DNA of 64,000 bases from an uncultured Puniceicoccaceae bacterium (GTDB lineage Bacteria; Verrucomicrobiota; Verrucomicrobiia; Opitutales; Opitutaceae). Position numbers and translations under genes: made by a program. Where the stretch lies: the NCBI GenBank assembly GCA_963933925.1, contig CAWVWU010000001.1, positions 1,231-65,230 of the forward strand. The letters are read 5' to 3'. The notes below the pieces were generated by a model, which was given only the letters and a program-made list of their open reading frames with translations, searched no databases and was not told the origin of the DNA. Of the stretch, positions 35,631 to 44,902 are shown in pieces; position 1 is the stretch's first letter; each line of letters opens with the position of its first letter.

Positions 35631-37415
35631 TTACCCTGGAGTTCGATTGGGCTTTTTGAGATTGGAAAGGGATTCTGCGAGGCCGCCGCTCCGGTTTCGT
35701 TTGAGCCATGTTGTTTCAAATTCCCGGCAGAGGTTATCGAGTTCTATTTGGGAATCTGGAGTAGGCCACGGGGTAGTGCTTTTGAGGGCGATGCCTTTGT
35801 GGCAACTGAATAGGAGTAGGTTGGTTGCGAGTGCGAGTTCGTTCTTTAGGAGGGCTTCGTGAGAAATTATAGGACTGATGGCTGCTAGGTTGTCCTGGAT
35901 AGAGGAGAGTTCTTTAGAGACTGATTCGAGAGCTTTGAGTGAAAAGGGTGCGAGGAATTCGTATGCTTCTTCGGGGGGAAGGAAGAGGTTACGGTTGAGT
36001 GGGGTGGCATTTTCGAGGTCGACCTTTAGGGGGTTGTTAACAGTGCCGAGGCGTTGGATGATTTCTAGGAATGCTGGGTTGTTAGTCTGTAGGAGAACTT
36101 CGTTAACAATGAGGCTGTGGTCTTGGTTATGTTCTGCTTTGAAGTTCCATCCGAGGAGAGCGGCCTGTGCGATGGCGGGGTAACTGAAGAGCTGGGCTTG
36201 GTGGTGGCCGAGGTCTCCCCAGTCGGTGAGAAGGAAACCGATGGCGTTGTTGTGGATTCCTTGCTCTAGGGCTTCGTTGACATTGCGGATCGAGTTGTCC
36301 CAGCGTCCGCCGATGCTGTTCCAGGTGGAAGTTCCGGGGGCGACGTAGTAGGGGATTTTGGCGTCGCGGAATTTGCGGCACTGTTCCTCGAAGGGATGAC
36401 CGGCTTCGTATCCCCAGAGGAGAGCGGTTGTGCCGTCGGGAAGTTCGTTAATGAGGCTGGGGTCTTCGAGGATTATGTCCCCCCAGAAAAGGCTGGTTTT
36501 GCCGCGAGCAGCGACGAGGGATTGGACTTGTTTTAGGAATTCGAGGTAGACGCGTTGTTTGCTTGTTTGCTCGACCTGGGGTTTACTCCAGCCTTGGCCG
36601 AGTTCCCAGGGTTCATCTCCTCCGATGTTGAATTGGGTGCTGCGGAAATTGGGGAGAAATTCGTCGAAGAGTTTTTCGAGGAATTCGAGGGAAGCGTCGT
36701 TTGGTTTTAAGGTGCTACCAAAGGGGCGTTTTCCAGAGATGGGGTGGATGAAGCCGTCGGGGCATTCGGCGAGGTGGAGGTAGTTCTCGTGTTTGAGCCA
36801 GCGTTCGAAGTGGCCGAAGGTATTTTGGTTGGGGACGAGCTCGATGAATTGTGCGGCACAGGCGTCGTCGATTTTTTGGATCTCTTCGGCTGTGTAGGGG
36901 GAGGCGTCTTGCCAGACTTCTTGGTGTTTTCTGTAGGCGAAGGTGTGCTCGGTATAGAGTTGGAGCTGGGTGTAGCGGAGGGCGGCCAGTTGGGAAATGA
37001 GTTCAAAAATGGAATCTAGGCTTGGGACTTTGCAGCGACTGATGTCGAGCATGAAGCCTCGGTTTGGGAGGTCGGGGCAGTCGTTGATTTCCAGGCAGGG
37101 GAGTTGACCGGTTGGGGTTTGTTTAACGAGTTGGGCGAGGGTTAGAAGTCCGTAGTGGAGACCTTGTTCGCTAGGGCTTGCGAGCGAGACGTTGGTTGGA
37201 GTTATGGAGAGGTGGTAGCCTTGTGGTTTGGATTGCTTGGTGTCTATGAAAAGGGATACTGTGCTGGCTTGGGTGTGTAGGGGATCGTTGAATGTGTCTA
37301 TTTTGTTTTGTAGGAGCTCGTTAGTGCTGAAGTTTGCTTCGGCACGAAGACTTGTGTAGGTGAATAGTTGTGACGCATCGATGGTGATCGACTGAGGTTT
37401 GGGGTAGAGTTGCAT
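35631..37415 (-). CDS. GH20-family beta-N-acetylhexosaminidase
   Basis: RGFMLDISR, QLYTEHTF, PNQNTFGH, GGDEPW catalytic DE pair, TDWGDLGH. Confidence 0.85.
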   Translation of the reverse strand: MQLYPKPQSITIDASQLFTYTSLRAEANFSTNELLQNKIDTFNDPLHTQASTVSLFIDTKQSKPQGYHLSITPTNVSLASPSEQGLHYGLLTLAQLVKQTPTGQLPCLEINDCPDLPNRGFMLDISRCKVPSLDSIFELISQLAALRYTQLQLYTEHTFAYRKHQEVWQDASPYTAEEIQKIDDACAAQFIELVPNQNTFGHFERWLKHENYLHLAECPDGFIHPISGKRPFGSTLKPNDASLEFLEKLFDEFLPNFRSTQFNIGGDEPWELGQGWSKPQVEQTSKQRVYLEFLKQVQSLVAARGKTSLFWGDIILEDPSLINELPDGTTALLWGYEAGHPFEEQCRKFRDAKIPYYVAPGTSTWNSIGGRWDNSIRNVNEALEQGIHNNAIGFLLTDWGDLGHHQAQLFSYPAIAQAALLGWNFKAEHNQDHSLIVNEVLLQTNNPAFLEIIQRLGTVNNPLKVDLENATPLNRNLFLPPEEAYEFLAPFSLKALESVSKELSSIQDNLAAISPIISHEALLKNELALATNLLLFSCHKGIALKSTTPWPTPDSQIELDNLCREFETTWLKRNRSGGLAESLSNLKKPNRTPG

Positions 37416-37421
37416 CGGGCT

Positions 37422-38138
37422 TTAAGAGCGTTCTGGGCAAAGACGTTTTATGAGGCTGGGAAATTGAGTGATCGAGCCGAGTTCGTGGAAGCGATCGTTG
37501 TCGGTCGGTGGGGAATCGACGCGTTCGTGTTGCCAGGTGAGGCGGTAGGGGATGTGGACTGCGTGCCCGCCGAGGTCGAGGATGGGGAGGCAGTCGGATT
37601 TGATCGAGTTTCCGACCATGAGGAATTCTTCGGGGGAGATGTTGTTGCGTTGGAGGACGCGGGCGTAGTCTTCGACCTTTTTGTCGGAGACGACTTCGAT
37701 GTGATCGAAGCAATGGGCGAGACCGGAGCGGGCTATTTTGCGCTCTTGGTCCCGGAGGTCACCTTTTGTGATGAGGATGAGGTGGTGGGTTCTTGAGAGT
37801 TCTTGTACGACTTCGTTTACTCCGTCGAGAAGTTCAACGGGGTGGTTGAGCATATCCTTGCAGCGTTGGATAAGGCGGTGGATTTCTTCGACATCAATTT
37901 TACCTTCGGTGAGGCTGATGGCGGTTTCGATTGATGATAGGGTGAAACTTTTTATACCGTATCCATATATATCGAGATTTTTCATCTCGGTTTCGAAGAG
38001 GCGTTTTTCGACCGTGTCGGCGTCGTGATACTCGGAAAGGAGTTCGCAGTAGGCTTTGTGGTGGTCTTCGAAGATGTTTTCGTTGTGCCAGAGCGTGTCG
38101 TCGGCATCGAGACCTATGGTGGTGATTGGGCGTGTCAT
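37422..38138 (-). CDS. HAD-superfamily hydrolase
   Basis: GLDADDTLWHNE, ITKGD, MVGNSIKSD; ATG 38138 overlaps the truC TGA (ATGA). Confidence 0.85.
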   Translation of the reverse strand: MTRPITTIGLDADDTLWHNENIFEDHHKAYCELLSEYHDADTVEKRLFETEMKNLDIYGYGIKSFTLSSIETAISLTEGKIDVEEIHRLIQRCKDMLNHPVELLDGVNEVVQELSRTHHLILITKGDLRDQERKIARSGLAHCFDHIEVVSDKKVEDYARVLQRNNISPEEFLMVGNSIKSDCLPILDLGGHAVHIPYRLTWQHERVDSPPTDNDRFHELGSITQFPSLIKRLCPERS

Positions 38139-38854
38139 GGCGATAGTTCGGTGAGCTCGAGGATCTTTTGAAAGTCTGTGGCGACGGGGCACTGTATGTC
38201 GATCGCTTCTTCGGTGAAAGGATGAGTGAATTCGAGTCGAGTGGCGGCGAGCATGAGGCGGATGAAATCGTAACGTTCTCGGAGGATCAAGTTGAGTGTG
38301 TTGTCGCCGTGGCGGGTGTCTCCGATGATTGGGTGGTGGATGTGGTCGAGGTGGCGACGGAGTTGGTGACGTCGTCCCGTCTTAGGGTGTAGTTGGACGA
38401 GGGAGTAACGGGTGGAGTCGTAACGGCCCGTTGAGTAGGGGAGCTCGGATTGAGCGAGGGTGGTGAAGGCGGTTTGGGCTTCTTGGCTCGCTTCGTGTTT
38501 GTTGGGTCCTTTGAAGTCGTTGAGTTTACGAAGAGGATGGTCGATGAGGCCTTCTTGGGGGGAGTGGCCGCGGACGATTGCCCAATAGGTTTTAGTGAGT
38601 TCGCAGGCTTCGAATTTTCGTTTAAGGGCGACCATGGCTTCGTGGTCGAGGGCGAACATAAGGAGGCCTGAAGTGGGGCGGTCTATGCGGTGGACGGGAT
38701 AGACGGGGGTGCCCAGCTGAGCGTGGAGGGTTTGAAGTGCGATGGGGGCGTCATCTTTGGCCGCGATATCGCTGCGGTGGACGAGCATGCCCGCTGGCTT
38801 GTGAATCGCGACGTAACGGTCGTCTTGATACGCAATTTCTAGAGGGTCGGGCAT
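38135..38854 (-). CDS. truC: RluA-family pseudouridine synthase, TruC-like
   Basis: HKPAGMLVHRS, VHRIDRPTSG, PKTGRRHQLRRH, IIGDTRHG. Confidence 0.8.
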   Translation of the reverse strand: MPDPLEIAYQDDRYVAIHKPAGMLVHRSDIAAKDDAPIALQTLHAQLGTPVYPVHRIDRPTSGLLMFALDHEAMVALKRKFEACELTKTYWAIVRGHSPQEGLIDHPLRKLNDFKGPNKHEASQEAQTAFTTLAQSELPYSTGRYDSTRYSLVQLHPKTGRRHQLRRHLDHIHHPIIGDTRHGDNTLNLILRERYDFIRLMLAATRLEFTHPFTEEAIDIQCPVATDFQKILELTELSP

Positions 38855-38868
38855 TTGGGTATCATGTT

Positions 38869-39017
38869 GGTGCTATTTGTTTTTTTAACCACAAAAGGCA
38901 CAAGAATCACAAAAGATTAGGTTGTGCTTTTGTTTAACCGCTGAGAATTCGGAGAGTTTCTTGGGTTGTGCTCTGTATTTAACCGCTAATGAATGCCAAT
39001 GGATGCGAATGTTTTTG
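38869..39017 (+). repeat. Tandem array of three GGT(T)GTGCT..TTTAACCRC + periodic-tail units
   Basis: Units 38869-38919, 38920-38963 and 38964-39017. Confidence 0.75.
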
Positions 39018-39024
39018 GGTGTGG

Positions 39025-40041
39025 TTATTGGTCGTGAGGATTATTAGAGATAGGGTTGCCCGCTTTAAGGCGATTGGCCTCTATTTGTTGCCAGTGGTAG
39101 AGACTGCCGTCTTTGCCCTTTTTGAGTGATTTCCAGAGTGCCTTTTCGTCGCGTTTTTGGAGCTCGAAATCTCTGAGGCCGTGGGTGTCGCAGCTGAGGA
39201 GCTTTGTGTAGCCCTTGAATTGTCGAGGGCGGCCGATTACCCGGCTGTTTCCGCTCGCGGTTTGTTGAGAGGCGTTTGGATCCGCTTCGAGTGCGATGAA
39301 GCTGTAGGGGAGGCTTCGGAGATCGATGTTCATGATGCGGGCGAAGTGCGACCATTCGCCTTCAGTGAATGCTTCCACTGGGGAGGGGGCGAAAAAGTGG
39401 CACCAATGGCGGCCGTTGACTTCGTCAAGGAGGGGGCACTGGGCAGCGTGCTCGCAGGGAGCGAGGATGCGGAAGCGGTCACGGAGCAGTTCGCGTTGTT
39501 GGACCAGCATACGGCTGCTGTCGTAAGTGCCCGGCTCGACCCATAGGATTTGCTTGGCTCGGGCGGCGAGATTTGAAAGGGATTGGCGGCTATCGTAGGC
39601 GAGTTCGTTGAGCACGTGGCTGGCGACGAAAAGAGCTCCATCGGCCACTTCAAAGAGATCGTCCTCGGTCGCGATGATTACCTTTACGTGAGGGTGGGCC
39701 TCTTCAATTCGAGCTTTAGCGAATGATTTTGCGAGGGGAGAGTGGTCCCAGAGGGTGACCTCTTTTATTTGTTGGGCTTCGTCTTCGTCGAGGATGGTGA
39801 GAGTCGCGATTCCGGTGCCGCAGCCCCAATCGAGCAATTTGTCGCAGTTGAGCTGCCAGCCTTTTTGCTGGGCTTGGCGGATGGCGGCTTCCCATTTCCA
39901 GCCAATTCGTGCGGCGAAGAATCGGTGGTAGTGCTCGAGATCGTCCTCCGAGGTCCAATAGGCCCCCTGGGTACGTGCGGTGCTGATGAAATTTTGCCTC
40001 AATCTGTCGAGGATTTGCCAATCTGTAACTGTGCTGCTCAT
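39025..40041 (-). CDS. Rsm22/METTL17-like SAM-dependent methyltransferase
   Basis: LDWGCGTG, SHVLNEL, VEPGT, APCEHAAQCPL...WCHF, FKGYTKLLSC. Confidence 0.8.
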   Translation of the reverse strand: MSSTVTDWQILDRLRQNFISTARTQGAYWTSEDDLEHYHRFFAARIGWKWEAAIRQAQQKGWQLNCDKLLDWGCGTGIATLTILDEDEAQQIKEVTLWDHSPLAKSFAKARIEEAHPHVKVIIATEDDLFEVADGALFVASHVLNELAYDSRQSLSNLAARAKQILWVEPGTYDSSRMLVQQRELLRDRFRILAPCEHAAQCPLLDEVNGRHWCHFFAPSPVEAFTEGEWSHFARIMNIDLRSLPYSFIALEADPNASQQTASGNSRVIGRPRQFKGYTKLLSCDTHGLRDFELQKRDEKALWKSLKKGKDGSLYHWQQIEANRLKAGNPISNNPHDQ

Positions 40042-40090
40042 GGAAGGAGCGAATAGTTGGCAGATTTTTGGCGTCTGTCGATAGGGGAAA

Positions 40091-40125
40091 TGAAGATTGA
40101 TTTGTGAATGTTGGGTAGTGAAATT
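40091..40125 (+). repeat. TG-led heptamer repeat x5
   Basis: TGAAGAT TGATTTG TGAATGT TGGGTAG TGAAATT. Confidence 0.55.
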
Positions 40126-40184
40126 CTTTTGAGGGAATCGTTCTTGAAATGGATCAAGAGGCTGTCTTGATCGTTTTTCAGATA

Positions 40185-41924
40185 ATGAAAACGATTTGGC
40201 GTGTCTCGGGATTTCTTTTTAAGTACAAGTGGCTGTTTTGGTTGACCATAGGTTTGGCGATCGGGAGTACGCTCTTTGCTATGTCAGTTCCACTGGTGAT
40301 TCGTCATATATTTGACGAAATCGTTAAGCCGAAGAAGTTGGATCTGTTGCCGTGGGCTGTGGTTGCTTTGGCCTCGTGCTATTTGTTTGGAGAGATGCTT
40401 AATTCGTTGCGAATACGCGTTAATAATACGGTTGAGCAGAAGGTGTTGATCGATTTAAGAAAGGCTCTGCATGATAAGCTACTCATTTTACCGATTGGTT
40501 TTTTCGATAATCGTAAGTCTGGGGATATCGCTTCTCGGGTAATCGAAGATGTTCAGGAGGTGGAACGCGTTATTCTGGATGGATCAGAACAAGGGAGTAA
40601 GGCGTTGTTGATGGTTTTCGGCGTGTCGGGGATCATGTTCTATTTTGAGCCCTTACTCGCGACCCTGATGGTTTTGCCGATTCCATTGATGTTGGTGATG
40701 TCGCGCATCCATTTTATTGTAACGAAGAAGAATTGGTCTAAAGTGCGTGAAAGTTCAGGGGCATTGAATTCGTTGTTGATTGAGGACATTCAAGGAAATC
40801 GTTTGATTAATTCATTTGGTCTTCAGGAGCGGGAACGTAGCCGATTTATGGCTCAGGCTCTTGAGTTGAAGGAGCGTACTTTGAAGGCGATGTATCGTTG
40901 GTCGATCCATGGGCCGAGTACGAATTTTATCGTAAGTCTTGGTATGGTCGCGGTTGTTGGGTATGGGGGGTACTTGCATGGGGTCGATCCAGTGGCGTTT
41001 ACAATGGGGGAGTTTGTCATGTTTTTCTCTTTTTGTTCTTTGCTCTATATGCCCTTGAATCAATTGAACGGGTTGGTTCATCTTTTTGCGGCGGGTAAGG
41101 CTTCTGGGGAGCGCGTATTTGAGCTGCTTGATTATCCGGTAGATATTGAGAATGTAGATACTCCTGAGACGTTTCCTTCGGGATTGTTGAAAATGGAATA
41201 TCACGATGTGAATTTCCAGTATGCGGGGCGCGATGAATTGTTGAGCGAATTTAGCTTGGAGCTTCCGGCAGGGCAAGTTACCGCCTTGGTGGGGCATACG
41301 GGGGCAGGGAAGTCGACAGTGGCGAACTTGTTGCAGCGTTATTATGATGTGACTTCTGGGTCGGTTACTATAAACGGAATCGATGTCCGAGAGTTGGCTC
41401 TTGAGGATTTGCGTAAGAATATTGGAGTTGTGGCTCAGGATCCGTTTCTTTTCGATGGATCGATTCGAGATAATTTATTGCTCGCGAAGGAAGATGCTTC
41501 AGCTGAGGAATTGGAAAACTCACTTCGAGGAGCGGCGGCGTGGGAGTTTGTTGAGGACTTACCCGAGAAGATGGATACGCTTATTGGAGAGCGTGGGATT
41601 CGCTTGAGTATGGGCGAGAAACAACGTTTGACGATTGCCCGCGTGATTTTGAGAAATCCGCCTTTGGTAATTCTAGATGAGGCGACCTCAAGTGTGGATA
41701 CGTTAACGGAAGCGAAAATTCAGGAGGCGGTGAATGCTTTGGTTAAGGAGCGAACTACTTTGGTGATCGCTCACCGTTTATCTACAGTTAGCCGGGCGGA
41801 TCAGATCGTTGTTCTCGAGAAGGGAAGAATTGCGGAGAAGGGATCGCATTCGGAGTTGCTAGCTTTGGACGGCCACTATGCGAGATTGTGGAAGACGCAG
41901 ACGGATCAAATTCCTGAGGGGTGA
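40185..41924 (+). CDS. ABC exporter, fused permease/ATPase (MsbA-like)
   Basis: TM domain; GHTGAGKST, LSMGEKQR signature variant, ILDEATS, IAHRLST. Confidence 0.92.
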   Translation: MKTIWRVSGFLFKYKWLFWLTIGLAIGSTLFAMSVPLVIRHIFDEIVKPKKLDLLPWAVVALASCYLFGEMLNSLRIRVNNTVEQKVLIDLRKALHDKLLILPIGFFDNRKSGDIASRVIEDVQEVERVILDGSEQGSKALLMVFGVSGIMFYFEPLLATLMVLPIPLMLVMSRIHFIVTKKNWSKVRESSGALNSLLIEDIQGNRLINSFGLQERERSRFMAQALELKERTLKAMYRWSIHGPSTNFIVSLGMVAVVGYGGYLHGVDPVAFTMGEFVMFFSFCSLLYMPLNQLNGLVHLFAAGKASGERVFELLDYPVDIENVDTPETFPSGLLKMEYHDVNFQYAGRDELLSEFSLELPAGQVTALVGHTGAGKSTVANLLQRYYDVTSGSVTINGIDVRELALEDLRKNIGVVAQDPFLFDGSIRDNLLLAKEDASAEELENSLRGAAAWEFVEDLPEKMDTLIGERGIRLSMGEKQRLTIARVILRNPPLVILDEATSSVDTLTEAKIQEAVNALVKERTTLVIAHRLSTVSRADQIVVLEKGRIAEKGSHSELLALDGHYARLWKTQTDQIPEG

Positions 41925-42064
41925 GGGGAGGTTTTTCGAATGGCTATGTTTTCCTATTTTTATAGACAGAGTTACAACTTTTCTGTTTTTGTGAATTACC
42001 GGATGGGTCCTCGAGGCGATTATTGAGCCTCTCCCGACCGAATTTATTTGTGAGGCGAAGCAAT

Positions 42065-43375
42065 ATGGCAGCAGAAAGAGTTGGAATGATGAGGCGATTG
42101 ATTACCCGTGGAGTGGCTGTTCTTTCAATTCTTTTCATTGGAGGATGTGCGACTAAGAGTTCGATGACGCTTATGCCAACGCCAGTTCTTTATGAAGCGG
42201 ATGGACTAGAGCCCTTTTCGCACATTACGGATTCGTTGCGTACCCCGTTGACGAACGTGTTCTATGCGACAAATCGTGCACATCGGGCTCACGACAGCGG
42301 TAAACCTTATGGCAATGGCGTCGAGGACGAGTTGCACCTTGGTCGTGCTGCTGTGCGGATTGGGGAGCCCCATTACTCGTGGGATGATGTTGTCCAGGTT
42401 TCACTTTTCAATCCTCCCGAAAGTAAAGTCCCAGTGTTTCTAGAAGAGGTAGCTCATTGGGGCTCGGTTACGCACCGGGCTTCTGACGATATCGTCACTT
42501 GGCAGGAGGAAAGTCACGAGCAGTTTATCGCAGAGATCAATACTGAGCTGAAGCTTCACCCCGACCGGGAGATAATGCTGTATGTGCACGGTACCAAGAC
42601 CCCGTTTAATCTAGGGGTATCTATGGCCGGCGAAATCGATCACTTTGCCGGCAAGGACTTTGTTGGCGTTGCGTTCTCGTGGCCGGCACATCACAACATT
42701 CTCTATTACCTGTCCCGAATCGACGTGCACCGCGCCCAGCATTCAAGCGAAGCACTGCGTGACCTGATTCGTTTATTGGCCGAGAAAACGGTGGCGAACC
42801 GCATCAATGTGCTTTGCTGGTCGGCAGGTGGCCGGGTGGTGTCTAAGGCGTTGTTTGAGCTCAAGGAACGCCACCCCGAGCTGGATCGGCAATCGCTGAA
42901 GGATCGTTACCGTATTGGTTCTGTGGTGTTCGCCGCGGCCGATGTTGAGGTGGACCGGTTCATGGAGCGTCTTCCGGCTGCCAGCGAGATCGCGGAGCAA
43001 GTGGTGATCACGGTGACTGACGAAGATGTTGCTCTCAATGCAGCCAAAAAGTTTATGTATGGTCCAGATCGGATTGGTACAGTCGAAGCTGAACAAGCGG
43101 AAATCGATTTCATTGAGAGTCACCATCTGAAAAACGTCGAAATTGTCGACGTTTCTCATGGCCGGGAAAAACGCGGTTTCGATATTAATGGGCATCACTA
43201 TTGGTACCGGCACCCTTGGAGCAGTAGTGATATTATTCTGTTAATGCGTACCGATCTCTCCCCTGCCGATCGGGGGTTAAGCCCCTCGGGGATCGAGGGA
43301 CTTTGGTATCTAGATCCCGACTACCCGAGCAAGGTCCGTGCGGCAGCTCGCTCTGAGTTGGGTGATACATGGTAG
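42065..43375 (+). CDS. DUF900-family alpha/beta hydrolase lipoprotein
   Basis: Lipobox IGGC; FYATNR, LYVHG, FSWP, LCWSAG nucleophile elbow, FAAADV; start could be 42086. Confidence 0.8.
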   Translation: MAAERVGMMRRLITRGVAVLSILFIGGCATKSSMTLMPTPVLYEADGLEPFSHITDSLRTPLTNVFYATNRAHRAHDSGKPYGNGVEDELHLGRAAVRIGEPHYSWDDVVQVSLFNPPESKVPVFLEEVAHWGSVTHRASDDIVTWQEESHEQFIAEINTELKLHPDREIMLYVHGTKTPFNLGVSMAGEIDHFAGKDFVGVAFSWPAHHNILYYLSRIDVHRAQHSSEALRDLIRLLAEKTVANRINVLCWSAGGRVVSKALFELKERHPELDRQSLKDRYRIGSVVFAAADVEVDRFMERLPAASEIAEQVVITVTDEDVALNAAKKFMYGPDRIGTVEAEQAEIDFIESHHLKNVEIVDVSHGREKRGFDINGHHYWYRHPWSSSDIILLMRTDLSPADRGLSPSGIEGLWYLDPDYPSKVRAAARSELGDTW

Positions 43376-43478
43376 CCTGTTTCGATCCAGAGCGTTCCTG
43401 TCAAACGACTAGAACATTAGAATGCTGATCTACTATTTCGATGAGGTTCGAAAGGACCGGATTGACAACGTGAAATGG

Positions 43479-44024
43479 TCAATTGGGAATTATATTGGTG
43501 GGGGTGCCGTCTATGGTGGATTGGTTTTTTTCTTTCCAGTAGTTGGTGATACCTTCGTCGCCTTTGGCGTCGGACCATTTGCGGAGGGTGTCGCGTTCGC
43601 CTTGTAGTTCCATTAGAGGGACGGCGTAACCGCAGGAGGTTTGAACGGTGTCGATATCGACAATGAATATTTGACGCTTCCCGTGTTGTTCGTTCCAGAG
43701 AGAACTATATTGGTTCCATTCCTTGTCGTGTGTATGGAGTACTTTGGCGGTGCCGTAGACGCGTAGGATGAGAGGGGCCTTTTCGAAGGAGCACCACATG
43801 ATGGTCATGCGTTCGTTCTCTTGGATGTGTCCGGCGGTTTCGTTCCCACTTCCTGTCATGTTGAGCCAGGCGATACGTTTTGGAGCGAGGACCTTTAAGC
43901 TGTCCATGCCTTTGGGCGATAGGTTGATGCGACCTTCTTCGAGAGCGGTGGCTACGAAGAAAATCGCTTGTTTGTCGATGAATGCAGTGTGCTTTTCTGT
44001 GAGTTCAGGGAATTGTTCGGCCAC
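43479..44024 (-). CDS. Pyridoxamine 5'-phosphate oxidase-like FMN-binding protein
   Basis: FFVATA, NLSPKG, TGSGNET, VQTSCGYAVP; GTG 44024 preferred. Confidence 0.85.
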   Translation of the reverse strand: MAEQFPELTEKHTAFIDKQAIFFVATALEEGRINLSPKGMDSLKVLAPKRIAWLNMTGSGNETAGHIQENERMTIMWCSFEKAPLILRVYGTAKVLHTHDKEWNQYSSLWNEQHGKRQIFIVDIDTVQTSCGYAVPLMELQGERDTLRKWSDAKGDEGITNYWKEKNQSTIDGTPTNIIPN

Positions 44025-44053
44025 GGCTTGAAGTGTGAAATGGAAATTGGGGG

Positions 44054-44663
44054 TTAGCCTGCTTTGCTGGAGGCGGCCCAGATGTTGATGTCGCCTTCTT
44101 TTGCGTAGTGGTCGATTGCGGCGAGCTCTTCGGAAGTGAAGGTTAGGTTGTTGAGGGCTTCGACGTTTTCTTGGATTTGGCTGGGCTTGCTTGCTCCGAT
44201 GAGGGCTGTTGTTACGACGGGGTCGCGGAGTACCCAAGCGAGGGCCATTTGAGAGAGGGTTTGACCGCGTTTTTCTGCGATTGAATTGAGGCCTCGGATA
44301 CGTTCGATATTCGCTTCGCTGAGGAAACCGTCTCGGAAGGAGGGGGCTCCGCTGGCTGCACGTGAATCTTCCGGGACTCCTTTGAGATATTTGTCGGTGA
44401 GCATTCCTTGAGCGAGCGGGGAAAAGACGATGCTTCCCATCTTGGCTTCTTTCATTGCGTCCATTACATCGCCTTCTATCCAGCGGTTGAGCATGGAGTA
44501 GGAGGGTTGATGGATGAGGCAGGGAGTGCCGAGGTCTTTAAGAATCGCTGCGGCTTCGCGGGTCTTTTGAGCAGAGTCCGAGAGAAAGTGCGGGAAGCTG
44601 GAGGCCGCTGTTGCCGCAGCGGCGGTAAGTCATGGAGTCGTAGCGATTGGAAGCAGGTGTCAT
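44054..44663 (-). pseudogene. Aldo-keto reductase (YghZ/GPR type) with a large internal deletion and frameshift
   Basis: MTPASNRYDSMTYRRCGNSGLQLPALSLGL joined out of frame to AQKTREAAAILKDLGTPCLIHQPSYSMLNRW...FSPLAQG.LT.KYL. Confidence 0.85.
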
Positions 44664-44670
44664 AGGATAA

Positions 44671-44691
44671 TGAATGGTGAAAAGTGAAATG
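44671..44691 (+). repeat. TGAA-led heptamer repeat x3
   Basis: TGAATGG TGAAAAG TGAAATG, immediately upstream of the AKR start. Confidence 0.6.
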
Positions 44692-44902
44692 GAGAGAGGG
44701 TTTAACTGAAGAATGTAATGATTACATGTCTTGTCACATTGTTCCCCGAGTGTCGATCTCTGGTCTTGGTAGGAGAAACGGAGTGACGAATGAAATGACA
44801 TTTTTATCGCAAAATAATGCGAATTTTTAAGACGAAGCCGAGGAAGACCGGCTTCGTTACTTCCACTAGACCAATGTTCCCCCCGAGGCCAAGGCTATGT
44901 CG

